Assembly (NCBI GenBank): GCA_965277805.1
Contig: OZ255842.1
Coordinates: 4,768,001 to 4,832,000, forward strand
DNA: 64,000 bases
Reading direction: 5' to 3'
Source of the DNA: Candidatus Lustribacter sp.
Lineage (GTDB): Bacteria; Vulcanimicrobiota; Vulcanimicrobiia; Vulcanimicrobiales; Vulcanimicrobiaceae
The position numbers were made by a program, and so were the translations under genes. The first letter of the stretch is position 1. The number at the start of each line of letters is the position of its first letter. This document shows, one piece after another, positions 1-9,168 of the stretch. The notes beneath the pieces were generated by a model. The model was not told the origin of the DNA. It ran no database searches and saw only the letters and a program-made list of their open reading frames with translations.

Positions 1-3
1 CGC

Positions 4-693
4 ATGCTGCGACAACTAGTAACCCTGAGCGTTCTCACCCTCGCACTCGGCGGTACTTCCGTCGCTCAGACGGCGCCCGCCGCGCCGAGCGCACCGCCGG
101 CCGCGCGTGCCGAACGCGCCGCATCGTTTGCGCTGCGGGGTGCGTACCGCACGATCGGCGACGCCGAAGTGCGCGGTGCATCGACGTATTTGGATGCCGC
201 GAAAGCGCACTACCGCGACGCGATCGCACGCCTCGGCCGGCACGACGCCGGCGCGGCGAGCGAAGCCATGGCCGCGGCCGCACTCGCGCGCGCTGCAATT
301 GCCGAACACCCGGCGCCCGCGCCGCGCGATATCCCGGCGCCGCCCGCGCTCGCCGCTGCCGGCGCGCCGATGGTGCCGCGCCCGCAGATGATGCGTGGCG
401 ATCGCGGATCGCGCGGCATGGGCGGGCGGTTCGACGCGACGCGGCTCGCGGCCGATTCGAAGCTCGCCAATACAGCCGAAGCGCGCGATCTCGCACAGAA
501 GGCCGTCGACGCGGACGTCGCACGCACGCACGCGGACTTCAGCGGTAACCACGAAGAAGCGATGCGTCAGGGCCGGATCGCGAGTTCGCTCGCGATGGCA
601 GTGCGGTCACTCGCAATGGCCGATCATCCCCGCGCCTTTCCGGGCCCGCGCCGCCGCCCGGCGGCGACCGTCGGTCTCGTTACGGACAACTAG
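4..693 (+). CDS. secreted Ala-rich hypothetical protein
   Basis: N-terminal signal peptide (MLRQLVTLSVLTLALGGTSVAQ); two helical Ala-rich halves separated by a Pro-rich linker. Confidence 0.7.
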   Translation: MLRQLVTLSVLTLALGGTSVAQTAPAAPSAPPAARAERAASFALRGAYRTIGDAEVRGASTYLDAAKAHYRDAIARLGRHDAGAASEAMAAAALARAAIAEHPAPAPRDIPAPPALAAAGAPMVPRPQMMRGDRGSRGMGGRFDATRLAADSKLANTAEARDLAQKAVDADVARTHADFSGNHEEAMRQGRIASSLAMAVRSLAMADHPRAFPGPRRRPAATVGLVTDN

Positions 694-732
694 CACGTAA
701 AGCGGCCGAGCAAACGGCCGTATGATTTCGAG

Positions 733-762
733 TTGACACGTTTGCTAGCTCGCACCTAGGAT
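733..762 (+). promoter_or_regulatory. sigma70-like promoter
   Basis: TTGACA (733-738), 18-nt spacer, TAGGAT (757-762) upstream of the LuxR-STAND gene. Confidence 0.45.
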
Positions 763-765
763 GGT

Positions 766-3576
766 GTGTCGTGTGCGATTCGCCGACACCGTGAGCTAGC
801 GATAGACATACGGACGGTACGGGAGGGCCTCAAGCCCCGCCTCATCGGGCGCGCTCGGGAGCGCGCGTCGTTCGACGCGCGAATCGACGACGCGCTGCGC
901 AGTGACGGTTCGCTGACGCTCCTGTTCGGAGCGGGCGGAATCGGCAAGAGCGCGCTGCTGCGCGTGTGGCTCGATGCCGCGCGCGCGCGTTCGTTCGCCG
1001 TCGCTTCGGTAGCGAATTTTCCGTTCGCGCGCGATCCGTATGCGCCGCTGGCCGAGGTCTGCCGGTCGTTCGCGCGGAGCTATCCGCGGGCGCTGCCGCG
1101 CGGCGAGAACCGCGCGCTTTTCATGCGTTTCCTCGATCTGCAGCCGGTCGAGCAGAACGGTGAAGCGGAACGGTGGCAGAAGCGCCGCCTTTTCGTTCTC
1201 GTGCGCGAATTTTTCGAACGGCTTGCATCGACGAGGCCGCTGGTCGTCGCCATCGACGATGCGCACTGGCTCGATCCAGAATCGCTCGAGCTCGTCGCTT
1301 ATTTGGCGCCGCATTTCAGCGAGTGGCGGGCGGCGCTGGTGTTAGCGGGCCGCGGAGCGAGTGGGGGCAGCGACTTCGAAGAGGTCAGCCTCGCGACGCT
1401 GGAACGCCACCCCTCGTGCTATCGGATCGTGCTGGGTCCCCTGCAAGCCGACGAGACGCGCGAACTGATCTATTCGCTCTTACCGCCGGGCCGGCGTTTC
1501 CCGCAGCGGACGATCGATGATATCTGCCGGCGCTGCGCGGACACGCCGCTGTTTGCGGAAACGCTCGTACGGAGCGCGCTGGAGGGGCATTCGGTGCTCG
1601 CGCTCCCGGCAAGCGTCGAGCAATCGGTCAACGATCATCTCGCGCAGCTCGAAGGTCCCGATGCCGCGTTGCTGGAGGCCGCGTCCGTCATCGGTTTGCG
1701 CATCGATTTGGAAACGCTCGAGCAAGCGTTCGCCGTTTCCGATGCCGATGCGCTGCGCGTGTTCCGCGTCGCTCGTGAGATGGGTCTCGTCGTCGACGGG
1801 CCATCGGGAGAGTTGCAATTCGGCCACGAGTTCATCCGTGAGGCAATCTATGCACGCTTGACCTCAATCGAGCGGCGGGCATACCACCGGCGCGTTGCAG
1901 GTCACCTCGAAGTGCGCCAGCCGCCGGCACCGGCCGCCGAGCGTTTCCGGCACGTTCAGGGAGCGAACAACCTCGCCGAGGCTTCGGCGCTCGCCGAACG
2001 TGCCGGCGACGATGCGATGGCGCGGTTCGCTTTCGCGACCGCGCGCAATTTCTACGATGCCGCGCTCGCGAATGACGTGCTCGATCCGCGCGCGACGGCA
2101 CGCGTGGCGGAGAAGCTCGGTGAGGCGCACGATCTTCTCGGAAGCCACGGCGAGGCGGCCGCATGTTTTGCGCGAGCCGATGCGTACGCTCGCGGCGCGA
2201 GCGACCGCGAGCATGAAGCCGCCATCGCGATTCGCTTAGCGTTGGCCGCGGGCCGAATGTCGGATCTCGAGGCGGAACTGCGGCATTGCGAACGCGCGCT
2301 GCAGTGCTCGGGAAATGCGGGCCGGAGCGCGTTTGCGGCGGAGGTGCTGCTCGCGCTGCATCATGTGAATCGCATCGATGCGGAACGCGCGGCGGTCCAT
2401 CTCGAGCGGGCCGACGCGCTGGCCGCACGACCCCGCGATAGCTTCGGCGTGCGGCACCTCGTCGCGCGCGCGGCCTTGGCGAATCTGCGGGGCGACGTCG
2501 CCGGCTGGCGCGCGGCGAGTTTCGATGCGGTCGCCGCGGCCGAGGAGTTCGGCGATCCCGCGATGCTCGCGAACGTCTGGAGCTACGTTGCCGACTATGC
2601 GCGTTTGCGCGGAGAGCCGGAACTCGCGCGGCGCGGTTTTACCGACGCCATCGCTGCGGCCGACCGCTACGGCCTGACGTTCACGGCCGCAAAGTCACGC
2701 CTGGCGGCCGCCGACATGGCATATTCCGAGGGCCGCGTCGCCGACGCGCATGCCTTCGTCCGCGAAGCTGCGGCCTTGCAAGTCGATGGTCCCTACGCGC
2801 GCATGCAGGCGTCGGCCGTGGGATTGCCCATCGCCATTGCCGCCGGCGACGCATTTCTCAGCGAGCGCCTCGATGACGCCGAACTCCTCGAGACCGTGCG
2901 GACCGGCGAGCTGCAGCCGCTGGCGATATCGTTCATCGCCGCCATGGCCGAACTGCGAGCTCGCCAAGGCGATCCGGAAGAAACCCGGCGGCTCATCGAG
3001 CGCACGTTGATGCGCGTTCGAAACGCCGCGCTGATCGACAGTGCCCTGCTGACGTTTGCACGGTACGGCGATGCAAAGAGCGCGCGGACGGCGGCGGACC
3101 TGCTGGAGTCGACCGCCGACCGCGACGATCCGATCGCGTGCGTTCACATTCCGCTGGCTGCCGCGATCGCGGCCGCGGCGGAGGGAAATCGCACGCGCAG
3201 CCTTGCCGAAGCGAAACTCGCGCGAGAACGCGCCGCCGCTGCAGCCACGCCGCTGCTCGATGCCCTGGCATGCGAAGTTGCGGGTGACGCGGACGCGGCG
3301 CAGCGCATCTACCTCGCCTGCGGCGCGCACGGCGACGTGCGGCGTTTGACCGGTTCGAACAAACCGGCCCGCGGGCCGTCCGATTTGACGCGGCGCGAGT
3401 CGGAAGTTGCCGCGTTGATCGCGGAGGGACTCTCGAACCGCGCGATTGCCGAACGATTATCCGTCAGCGAACGGACCGTCGAACATCACGTGGCGGCGAC
3501 GTTCGGCAAGCTTGGCCTTCGTTCTCGTGCTCAGCTCGCGGCGTTCATGTCGCGAGCGCCCCAAACGTCGCGGTAA
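766..3576 (+). CDS. large ATP-binding LuxR-family regulator (AAA/STAND ATPase + helical repeats + C-terminal LuxR HTH)
   Basis: Walker A GAGGIGKS, Walker B VVAIDDAHW, C-terminal LTRRESEVAALIAEGLSNRAIAERLSVSERTVEHHV; exact start uncertain. Confidence 0.9.
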   Translation: MSCAIRRHRELAIDIRTVREGLKPRLIGRARERASFDARIDDALRSDGSLTLLFGAGGIGKSALLRVWLDAARARSFAVASVANFPFARDPYAPLAEVCRSFARSYPRALPRGENRALFMRFLDLQPVEQNGEAERWQKRRLFVLVREFFERLASTRPLVVAIDDAHWLDPESLELVAYLAPHFSEWRAALVLAGRGASGGSDFEEVSLATLERHPSCYRIVLGPLQADETRELIYSLLPPGRRFPQRTIDDICRRCADTPLFAETLVRSALEGHSVLALPASVEQSVNDHLAQLEGPDAALLEAASVIGLRIDLETLEQAFAVSDADALRVFRVAREMGLVVDGPSGELQFGHEFIREAIYARLTSIERRAYHRRVAGHLEVRQPPAPAAERFRHVQGANNLAEASALAERAGDDAMARFAFATARNFYDAALANDVLDPRATARVAEKLGEAHDLLGSHGEAAACFARADAYARGASDREHEAAIAIRLALAAGRMSDLEAELRHCERALQCSGNAGRSAFAAEVLLALHHVNRIDAERAAVHLERADALAARPRDSFGVRHLVARAALANLRGDVAGWRAASFDAVAAAEEFGDPAMLANVWSYVADYARLRGEPELARRGFTDAIAAADRYGLTFTAAKSRLAAADMAYSEGRVADAHAFVREAAALQVDGPYARMQASAVGLPIAIAAGDAFLSERLDDAELLETVRTGELQPLAISFIAAMAELRARQGDPEETRRLIERTLMRVRNAALIDSALLTFARYGDAKSARTAADLLESTADRDDPIACVHIPLAAAIAAAAEGNRTRSLAEAKLARERAAAAATPLLDALACEVAGDADAAQRIYLACGAHGDVRRLTGSNKPARGPSDLTRRESEVAALIAEGLSNRAIAERLSVSERTVEHHVAATFGKLGLRSRAQLAAFMSRAPQTSR

Positions 3577-3964
3577 CCGTGCCGGTACCGATGGGCAAGG
3601 CGACGTACGTCGTCTCGCTTCCGTCGGCGCTCAGTAAGACGAGATCGCTTTCCGTTCGCGCGATCGCGTAGAGCACGGAGCCCGGCGTAAACGAGATCGA
3701 CGTGCCGGGGGCGCTTTCGCCGCTGATGGCGATCGTCTGCGCAGCGCCGTCGCAGCTGACGGCGATCGTGATGCCGGCGGCCGTGCTCTCGACTTGGTTG
3801 AGCGAGATCGATGAGGTGCCGAGCGCTTGCGCGAGCGCGACGGGTCCGATGATGGAATTCGGTTGGATCGTCAGTGTTTCGCCGGACTTTTTACGTCCGA
3901 GGGTGATCGGCCCGACGACGGACTGCGGCTGTGCCGTTCGGCCCGGGCTGGTATGGTCGCTCAT
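3545..3964 (-). CDS. hypothetical beta-rich protein (139 aa)
   Basis: ATG at 3964 overlaps the TGA of the upstream gene (ATGA); GGAG upstream; protein-like C-terminal part of track ORF 3545..4360. Confidence 0.6.
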   Translation of the reverse strand: MSDHTSPGRTAQPQSVVGPITLGRKKSGETLTIQPNSIIGPVALAQALGTSSISLNQVESTAAGITIAVSCDGAAQTIAISGESAPGTSISFTPGSVLYAIARTESDLVLLSADGSETTYVALPIGTGTVTATFGALAT

Positions 3965-4440
3965 AGTGGGTGTACTCCATGACGTGGGCGGCGCGAGGGG
4001 CCGTTCCGTGAGACGATGTGCAGAAAGAATGCCTTGGCGTAACCGTCGCCGTCGCGATCGAGCACCGACGCTTCGATCGCGTGCGCGTTGCGTCCGCAAA
4101 CGTTGAGTTGTGCGGCAGTCGTACCGGCATACGGGACGTCGTATTGAAGTTCGAGCGCCAGGTGCCCGGTGCGGCTTACGTAGCGTACGATGCCGCTGCA
4201 TCCCATGCCGGAATGAGCGCCTGTGCTCTGCGCCCCGAAGACGGCAAAGCACCACGGCATGATTTTCGGCGGGGGTTGCCCGGCCAATCCACCTCGACTG
4301 ACGTTCACCGAGCTGAGGCTCCAGGCGAGGCTGGTGCTGTTGGTAAGCACAACCACGCACGACCGGGACGACCGGAGAAGCCGCGCTGCACTGGCTGCGG
4401 CGGCATCGAGGCGGACTTGGTGCTGGGCTGGCCGATCCAT
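3961..4440 (-). CDS. aegerolysin / Cry34(Gpp34)-like protein
   Basis: Pattern RSxxVxxxNxT...PP.I...FGAQSxG...G.SGIVRY...YDVPYAG parallels Cry34/aegerolysin N-K-T...F.AES.G..TGTEG...FDNP.AG. Confidence 0.6.
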   Translation of the reverse strand: MDRPAQHQVRLDAAAASAARLLRSSRSCVVVLTNSTSLAWSLSSVNVSRGGLAGQPPPKIMPWCFAVFGAQSTGAHSGMGCSGIVRYVSRTGHLALELQYDVPYAGTTAAQLNVCGRNAHAIEASVLDRDGDGYAKAFFLHIVSRNGPSRRPRHGVHPL

Positions 4441-4592
4441 GACTGGAGCATAGTTATTCCAGGTGATGGCAGTATCAGTGTAAGTACCTATTTCGCAAAA
4501 CCTAGGTATCTTCCCCGATTCGGCGTCGCATCGCGCACCCTAGACTCAGGAGGTCCCCGGCGGCTAGCCGGGCGTCTCGGAGGACTACAAAC

Positions 4593-4880
4593 GTGACGAC
4601 CACCGTTTCCGACCCCGCCCAGATCGGGCAACTGCTCTTCCCGTACCTCTGGTTCGACGCCGAACTCAATCCCATCGGAGGCGGGCCGGCCAATGAATGG
4701 CCGGTTGCCGTCCTCACGGTGCTGCGGGCCTGCGTGCGCCGGGCGCTGGCGGAAAACCGCTCCAGCTTTCGGCCGTTCGGGATGGGCCCGACGTGGCACA
4801 TCGCCCGCGTCGAAGGCTCGCAGTCCACGCGGCTGGCGGTCTTCGTCGAGCAGCCCGGGAGCGCCGAGCGGTGCTGGTGA
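4593..4880 (+). CDS. small hypothetical protein resembling the N-terminal domain of the adjacent LuxR regulator
   Basis: GGAGG SD before GTG; secondary-structure pattern similar to the first ~100 aa of 5100..5636. Confidence 0.6.
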   Translation: MTTTVSDPAQIGQLLFPYLWFDAELNPIGGGPANEWPVAVLTVLRACVRRALAENRSSFRPFGMGPTWHIARVEGSQSTRLAVFVEQPGSAERCW

Positions 4881-5116
4881 CCTTAGACGTCTTCCGCGGC
4901 GTGATCGGCGTCGCGTGCAAGGCGTACCGGCGATTTGTCCCGGCGCGCACAGCGGAAGTCTCCCGCCTGGAGTGGTGCTGCGGTTGCGTTACCGGCACGC
5001 AGCACGTGCGCGGCACCGTCGTTTGGACCAGCGAGACGTGCTGTGCGGAACATCGGCGTACGCCGCTGCGCACCGTGAATCCGCCCTTGGGAGGCTCCGA
5101 TGGTTTTCTCGTGTGA
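4877..5116 (+). CDS. small Cys-rich hypothetical protein
   Basis: GTG overlaps previous stop (GTGA); WCCGC and CCAEH motifs; fills the gap to the LuxR gene. Confidence 0.5.
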   Translation: MTLDVFRGVIGVACKAYRRFVPARTAEVSRLEWCCGCVTGTQHVRGTVVWTSETCCAEHRRTPLRTVNPPLGGSDGFLV

Positions 5117-5636
5117 GCGGCCGGAAGCCGATTTGGAGCCCGCCCGCGTTGCCCACCGCCGTCAGCCGACGCCGATGGTCATCATCGACCGCAACTTGCA
5201 AACCATCGCGCAATCACTTCAATTCGAAGGTTCGGAAATTGCCGACCGCGTCCGCGGGACGGTCGAACGCCACATCGCGGAGAGCCGCCCGGAAAGCGCC
5301 CACGCCACCTTTGAAATGATCGACGCAGAAACGGCGCTGCGGGTGATCGATCTCGCCGCCGGCGACGGCGTTTGCTTTGCGGTCACGTTCGAACGCTTCG
5401 AGAACAAACGCGACGCGATCGAAGACGTCGCGACGGCGCACCGGCTTACCAACCGCGAACGCGAGGTGTTCCGGATGCTCTTGGCCGGTGCGACGGACGC
5501 GGAAGTGTCCGAGCGGCTCGTCATCGCCCGTACGACCGCAAGCGACCACGCGAAGAACATCTTGCGCAAGACCGGCGCCAACAAGCGCACCGAGCTGTTT
5601 GCTCAGGTCATAAAGTACGCCGGCCGCTTGCGCTAG
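5100..5636 (+). CDS. LuxR-family helix-turn-helix transcriptional regulator
   Basis: GGAGG SD; C-terminal LTNREREVFRMLLAG...LVIARTTASDHAKNILRKTG. Confidence 0.85.
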   Translation: MVFSCERPEADLEPARVAHRRQPTPMVIIDRNLQTIAQSLQFEGSEIADRVRGTVERHIAESRPESAHATFEMIDAETALRVIDLAAGDGVCFAVTFERFENKRDAIEDVATAHRLTNREREVFRMLLAGATDAEVSERLVIARTTASDHAKNILRKTGANKRTELFAQVIKYAGRLR

Positions 5637-5648
5637 CGTGCCGAGCGC

Positions 5649-6131
5649 TCACCAGTGGCGGTGGAAACCGCCGCCGAAGTGCAGACCGAGCGAGAATGAC
5701 GGGTACCCAAATCCGTAGACCGGGTACGGATACGGGTACACCGGATACACGTACGGTCCGTACGGATAAACCGGAATAGCGCCGTAGGACTGATACGGCG
5801 TGTCGATCACGTTGGCGGCGAACGCGGAACCGCGATTGACGCCGTGAATCGTTACCTGCATCCCCGGCGCGAGGCGAATGCCGGTCGGGTTGATGACGGT
5901 GCCTTGCCGCAGCTGCACGTTGTCGATGAAGCCGCGATCGTCGCGGACCTGCAGGCTGTAGGCGCCGTCGAACGACGACACGCGGCCGTGGATGACCTCA
6001 TCCGTCGAGCTGTAACTCGGTGGCGCCGCGTACGTGGGCGCGTCGGGTGGTGCCGTTTGCGCGGCAGCTCCGAGTGGGGCAAGGGCGATGAGAGCGGCGA
6101 GCGCCGCAAGAGTGCGAATGTGCAAAACCAT
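5649..6131 (-). CDS. secreted protein with small beta-barrel domain and Pro/Tyr-rich tail
   Basis: Signal peptide, IHGRVSSFDG...LAPGMQVTIHG, YPYGPYVYPVYPYPYP tail; AGGAG SD. Confidence 0.75.
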   Translation of the reverse strand: MVLHIRTLAALAALIALAPLGAAAQTAPPDAPTYAAPPSYSSTDEVIHGRVSSFDGAYSLQVRDDRGFIDNVQLRQGTVINPTGIRLAPGMQVTIHGVNRGSAFAANVIDTPYQSYGAIPVYPYGPYVYPVYPYPYPVYGFGYPSFSLGLHFGGGFHRHW

Positions 6132-6190
6132 GGCCGGGAGGCTCCTTTCCGCTGAAAGTATGCCGGACGTTGCTGTGGTAACTCTTAAAC

Positions 6191-7543
6191 ATGAAAACGC
6201 CGTTCCAAACGCAATGGATGCGCCGCACGTTGGCCGCCGCGCTGCTGGTGTTCGGCCTGACTGCGGCCGCGGCCGGCGCGCAGTCCGCGCCGACGCTCAT
6301 TTCGCTCGGTCCGGCAGAGGCTGCGCTCTACAAGCCCGACAGCGGACCGGCGCCGCACGTCGGCCTGATCGTCATTCACCGCACCGCCGATTTCATGCGC
6401 CACCCCGCCTGCACCGAACTCGCGCAGCGCGGCTTTTTAATGCTTTGCGTCAACACGCGCTTCACGAACAACGAAGGCCTCGTGCGCTTCGAGGACATCG
6501 CGCTCGACGTGAAAGCGGCGGTCCAATTCTTGCGCAAGCAGCCGGGCATTACGAAAGTGCTGCTGTTCGGTCATAGCGGCGGCGGTCCGACCGTGAGCTT
6601 CTATCAAGCCGTTGCGGAAAACGGCATCGCCTATTGCCAGAATCCGAAGCGGCTGACGAAGTGCACCGCGGAACTTGCGAACCTCCCGCCCGCCGACGGC
6701 ATCGTCTTCGCCGATTCGCATCCGGGCAATCCGGTCAACGTGCTGCGCGGCCTCAACCCGGCCGTGCTCAACGAGAAGAACCCGCCCGATCCCGGCTTCA
6801 ACGCCTCGCTCGACATGTTCGATCCGAAGAACGGCTACAACCCGAGCGGTAACTCGCATTACAGTGCGGAGTTTCAGAAGCGCTACTACGCCGCCCAATC
6901 CAAGCGCATGAACGACCTGATCGATCAGTCGCTGGCCAAACTGCAAGCGATGAAGAACGGTACGTACGGCTATCCGGACGACGACATCATCGTGATCCCG
7001 CGCGGCGGCAATCCCGGTTCCGGGCCGGGCGCGGCCGCTGCGCTGTTCGACACGGATCCTTCGATCGCGGGTGTGATGAGCACCGCTCGGCCGGAGAAGC
7101 TGCTGAAGAACGACGGCAGCATCGTGACGCAGGTCGTGCACAGCGTGTTCGTGCCCGATCCGAATCTCAAGAAGCTGCACATGACCTTTGATAACGGCAC
7201 GAAGATCTTGAATATCGAGTCGTTCCTCAGCGCAAACGCGGTGCGCTCGACGAATTCGCTCGACGGCATCGACGATTGCTCGAGCAACAATTCGACCACG
7301 TGCGCGGTGCAGTCGATCGCGGTGCCGGAGCTGTACGCCGCGATGGGCGCGCACTACTTCATCCGCGACGTCGAGCACGAATACGATGTTGCCAAGAGCA
7401 AAGACAAGGATTTCATCGTGATCGAGGGCGCCGTGCATCAGTTCACGCCGTGCACGCGCTGCGAGACGTTTCCCGGTCAGTACTCCAACACGATGAAGAA
7501 CCTAATGGACTACATTCGCGACTGGATCAACAAACGGTATTAG
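6191..7543 (+). CDS. secreted alpha/beta-fold hydrolase
   Basis: Signal peptide; GHSGGG nucleophile elbow; C-terminal EGAVH. Confidence 0.8.
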   Translation: MKTPFQTQWMRRTLAAALLVFGLTAAAAGAQSAPTLISLGPAEAALYKPDSGPAPHVGLIVIHRTADFMRHPACTELAQRGFLMLCVNTRFTNNEGLVRFEDIALDVKAAVQFLRKQPGITKVLLFGHSGGGPTVSFYQAVAENGIAYCQNPKRLTKCTAELANLPPADGIVFADSHPGNPVNVLRGLNPAVLNEKNPPDPGFNASLDMFDPKNGYNPSGNSHYSAEFQKRYYAAQSKRMNDLIDQSLAKLQAMKNGTYGYPDDDIIVIPRGGNPGSGPGAAAALFDTDPSIAGVMSTARPEKLLKNDGSIVTQVVHSVFVPDPNLKKLHMTFDNGTKILNIESFLSANAVRSTNSLDGIDDCSSNNSTTCAVQSIAVPELYAAMGAHYFIRDVEHEYDVAKSKDKDFIVIEGAVHQFTPCTRCETFPGQYSNTMKNLMDYIRDWINKRY

Positions 7544-8250
7544 ACGCCGAACGCTGCGGCTAGTTCGCCGTAGGTGTGGGCGATGACGTCCCAATCGTGC
7601 TCGGGGCCCGGCGGCGTGCGGCCGGGCCCGTTTTCATCCGGGCGGTAGATGAAGGCGGTACGTAATCCGCAGCGCCGTGCGGCGCCGAGATCGTTGTTGT
7701 GCGCGGCGACCAGGCACACTTCATCCGGCCGCATCGCGAGGATGTCGGCCGTGCGCAGATACGCTTCGGGCGAGGTCTTGTAAGCCTGCGCGACCTCGGC
7801 GCCGAGGATCGCATCCCACGGAATGCCGGCGCGTTTGGCCATGTCGAGCATCAAGATGATGTTGCCGTTCGACAGCGGTGCGATGATGTAGCGCGACTTC
7901 AGCCGCGTGAGCCCGGCGATCGCATCGGGCCACGGATCGAGGCGGTGCCAAGCGAGGTTGAGCTCGTCGAGTTCCGCCGCCGGTACGGCGGCGGGATCGA
8001 TGCCGAAGTCGGGCAGCACGGCGGCGAGGTTCTCGCGGTGCAGCACATCGAGCCGCACAAACGGGCGCCGTCCGCTGCGCACTTCCTCGAGCGCGGGCTG
8101 ATAACGTTTGCGCCACGCGTCGGCGAAGACGCCGGGATCTGTGCCGCTCGCGTAACGCGCGAGAAACGGCGCGGCTTCGCGGGCGACGCCGGAGCGCCAA
8201 TCGACGACGGTGCCGAACACGTCGAACACCAGCGCCCGCACGCCGTTCAT
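7540..8250 (-). CDS. haloacid dehalogenase type II
   Basis: FDVFGTVVDW, LSNGN, YKxxPEAY, VAAHNNDL motifs; true start is the ATG at 8250 overlapping the upstream stop. Confidence 0.9.
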   Translation of the reverse strand: MNGVRALVFDVFGTVVDWRSGVAREAAPFLARYASGTDPGVFADAWRKRYQPALEEVRSGRRPFVRLDVLHRENLAAVLPDFGIDPAAVPAAELDELNLAWHRLDPWPDAIAGLTRLKSRYIIAPLSNGNIILMLDMAKRAGIPWDAILGAEVAQAYKTSPEAYLRTADILAMRPDEVCLVAAHNNDLGAARRCGLRTAFIYRPDENGPGRTPPGPEHDWDVIAHTYGELAAAFGV

Positions 8251-9107
8251 CGGCCGGTGAGTTTGCGTCCGGCCTCGAGCGCGGCGTAGCTGCGCACCGG
8301 CGCCGCCATGAGAAAGCGGTAACCGGCTTTCACGATCCAGTCGACGTTCTTCGTATCGACGTGCGGATGGCCGACCGGGACGTTGTGCTGCTTGCAGGTC
8401 GCCACGACTTTGTTCATCCACTCGACGACCAGCGGGTGATCGTATTCGCGCGGATGACCGAGTTCCTGAGAGAGGTCGCCTTCGCCGATCAGGATCGCGC
8501 CGATGCCCGGAACTTGGCTGAGGATATCGGAGAGATTGGTGATGCCGCGCGTATCTTCCATCATCAGCATCACGAGGATCTCGCCCTTGGGGTTGAGCGG
8601 CCACACGTCGGCGCGCTCGTAGTACTCTTGCTGCGTGACGCCCCAGTAGCGCACCGCCGCTGTCGGACCGTCGCCGCGTATGCCCTGCGGTTCAAAGAGC
8701 GGCGCGCCGGAGAGACGCGGATAGCGGCACGCGGCCACGGCATTGTACGCTTCTTCGACCGTTGAGATGTGCGGCCAAATGATGCCGTACGCGCCGAGGT
8801 CGAGCGCTTGTTTTGCGAAGATCTGAGATTTCTCTGAACCGTTCGGCGGAATGCGCACCATCGGCGTGACCTGCGGCACGATCGATCCCGAACGCGCGAT
8901 CTGTCCGCGGTTGAGCAAATACTGAAGACCGTCGCGGAGCCCGCCCGCATCCCAGGGATTGTGCTCCATCTCGAACACGACGCCGTCGTAGTTCGCCGTG
9001 CTCATCGCGATCGCCGATTCGCGGTCGGCCGACGCAAAGGTGGTGAACGCGGTTTGGCCCGATTCGAGGGCGGCAATAATCCGGTTGAGGCGCGGCAACT
9101 CACTCAT
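8247..9107 (-). CDS. HpcH/HpaI aldolase family protein
   Basis: FEMEH, VRIP, KQALDLGAYG, MMEDTRG, IGEGDLS motifs. Confidence 0.88.
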   Translation of the reverse strand: MSELPRLNRIIAALESGQTAFTTFASADRESAIAMSTANYDGVVFEMEHNPWDAGGLRDGLQYLLNRGQIARSGSIVPQVTPMVRIPPNGSEKSQIFAKQALDLGAYGIIWPHISTVEEAYNAVAACRYPRLSGAPLFEPQGIRGDGPTAAVRYWGVTQQEYYERADVWPLNPKGEILVMLMMEDTRGITNLSDILSQVPGIGAILIGEGDLSQELGHPREYDHPLVVEWMNKVVATCKQHNVPVGHPHVDTKNVDWIVKAGYRFLMAAPVRSYAALEAGRKLTGR

Positions 9108-9168
9108 TTTTCATCTGTTAGCCGAGGGACGGCTGCGGAGCCTGCTGAAAATCTTGCTCGAGGTACTC

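Noticed and set aside
5700-5775. GGGTAC/GGATAC short repeats
   Set aside because: Explained by the Tyr-Pro-rich tail of the minus-strand gene
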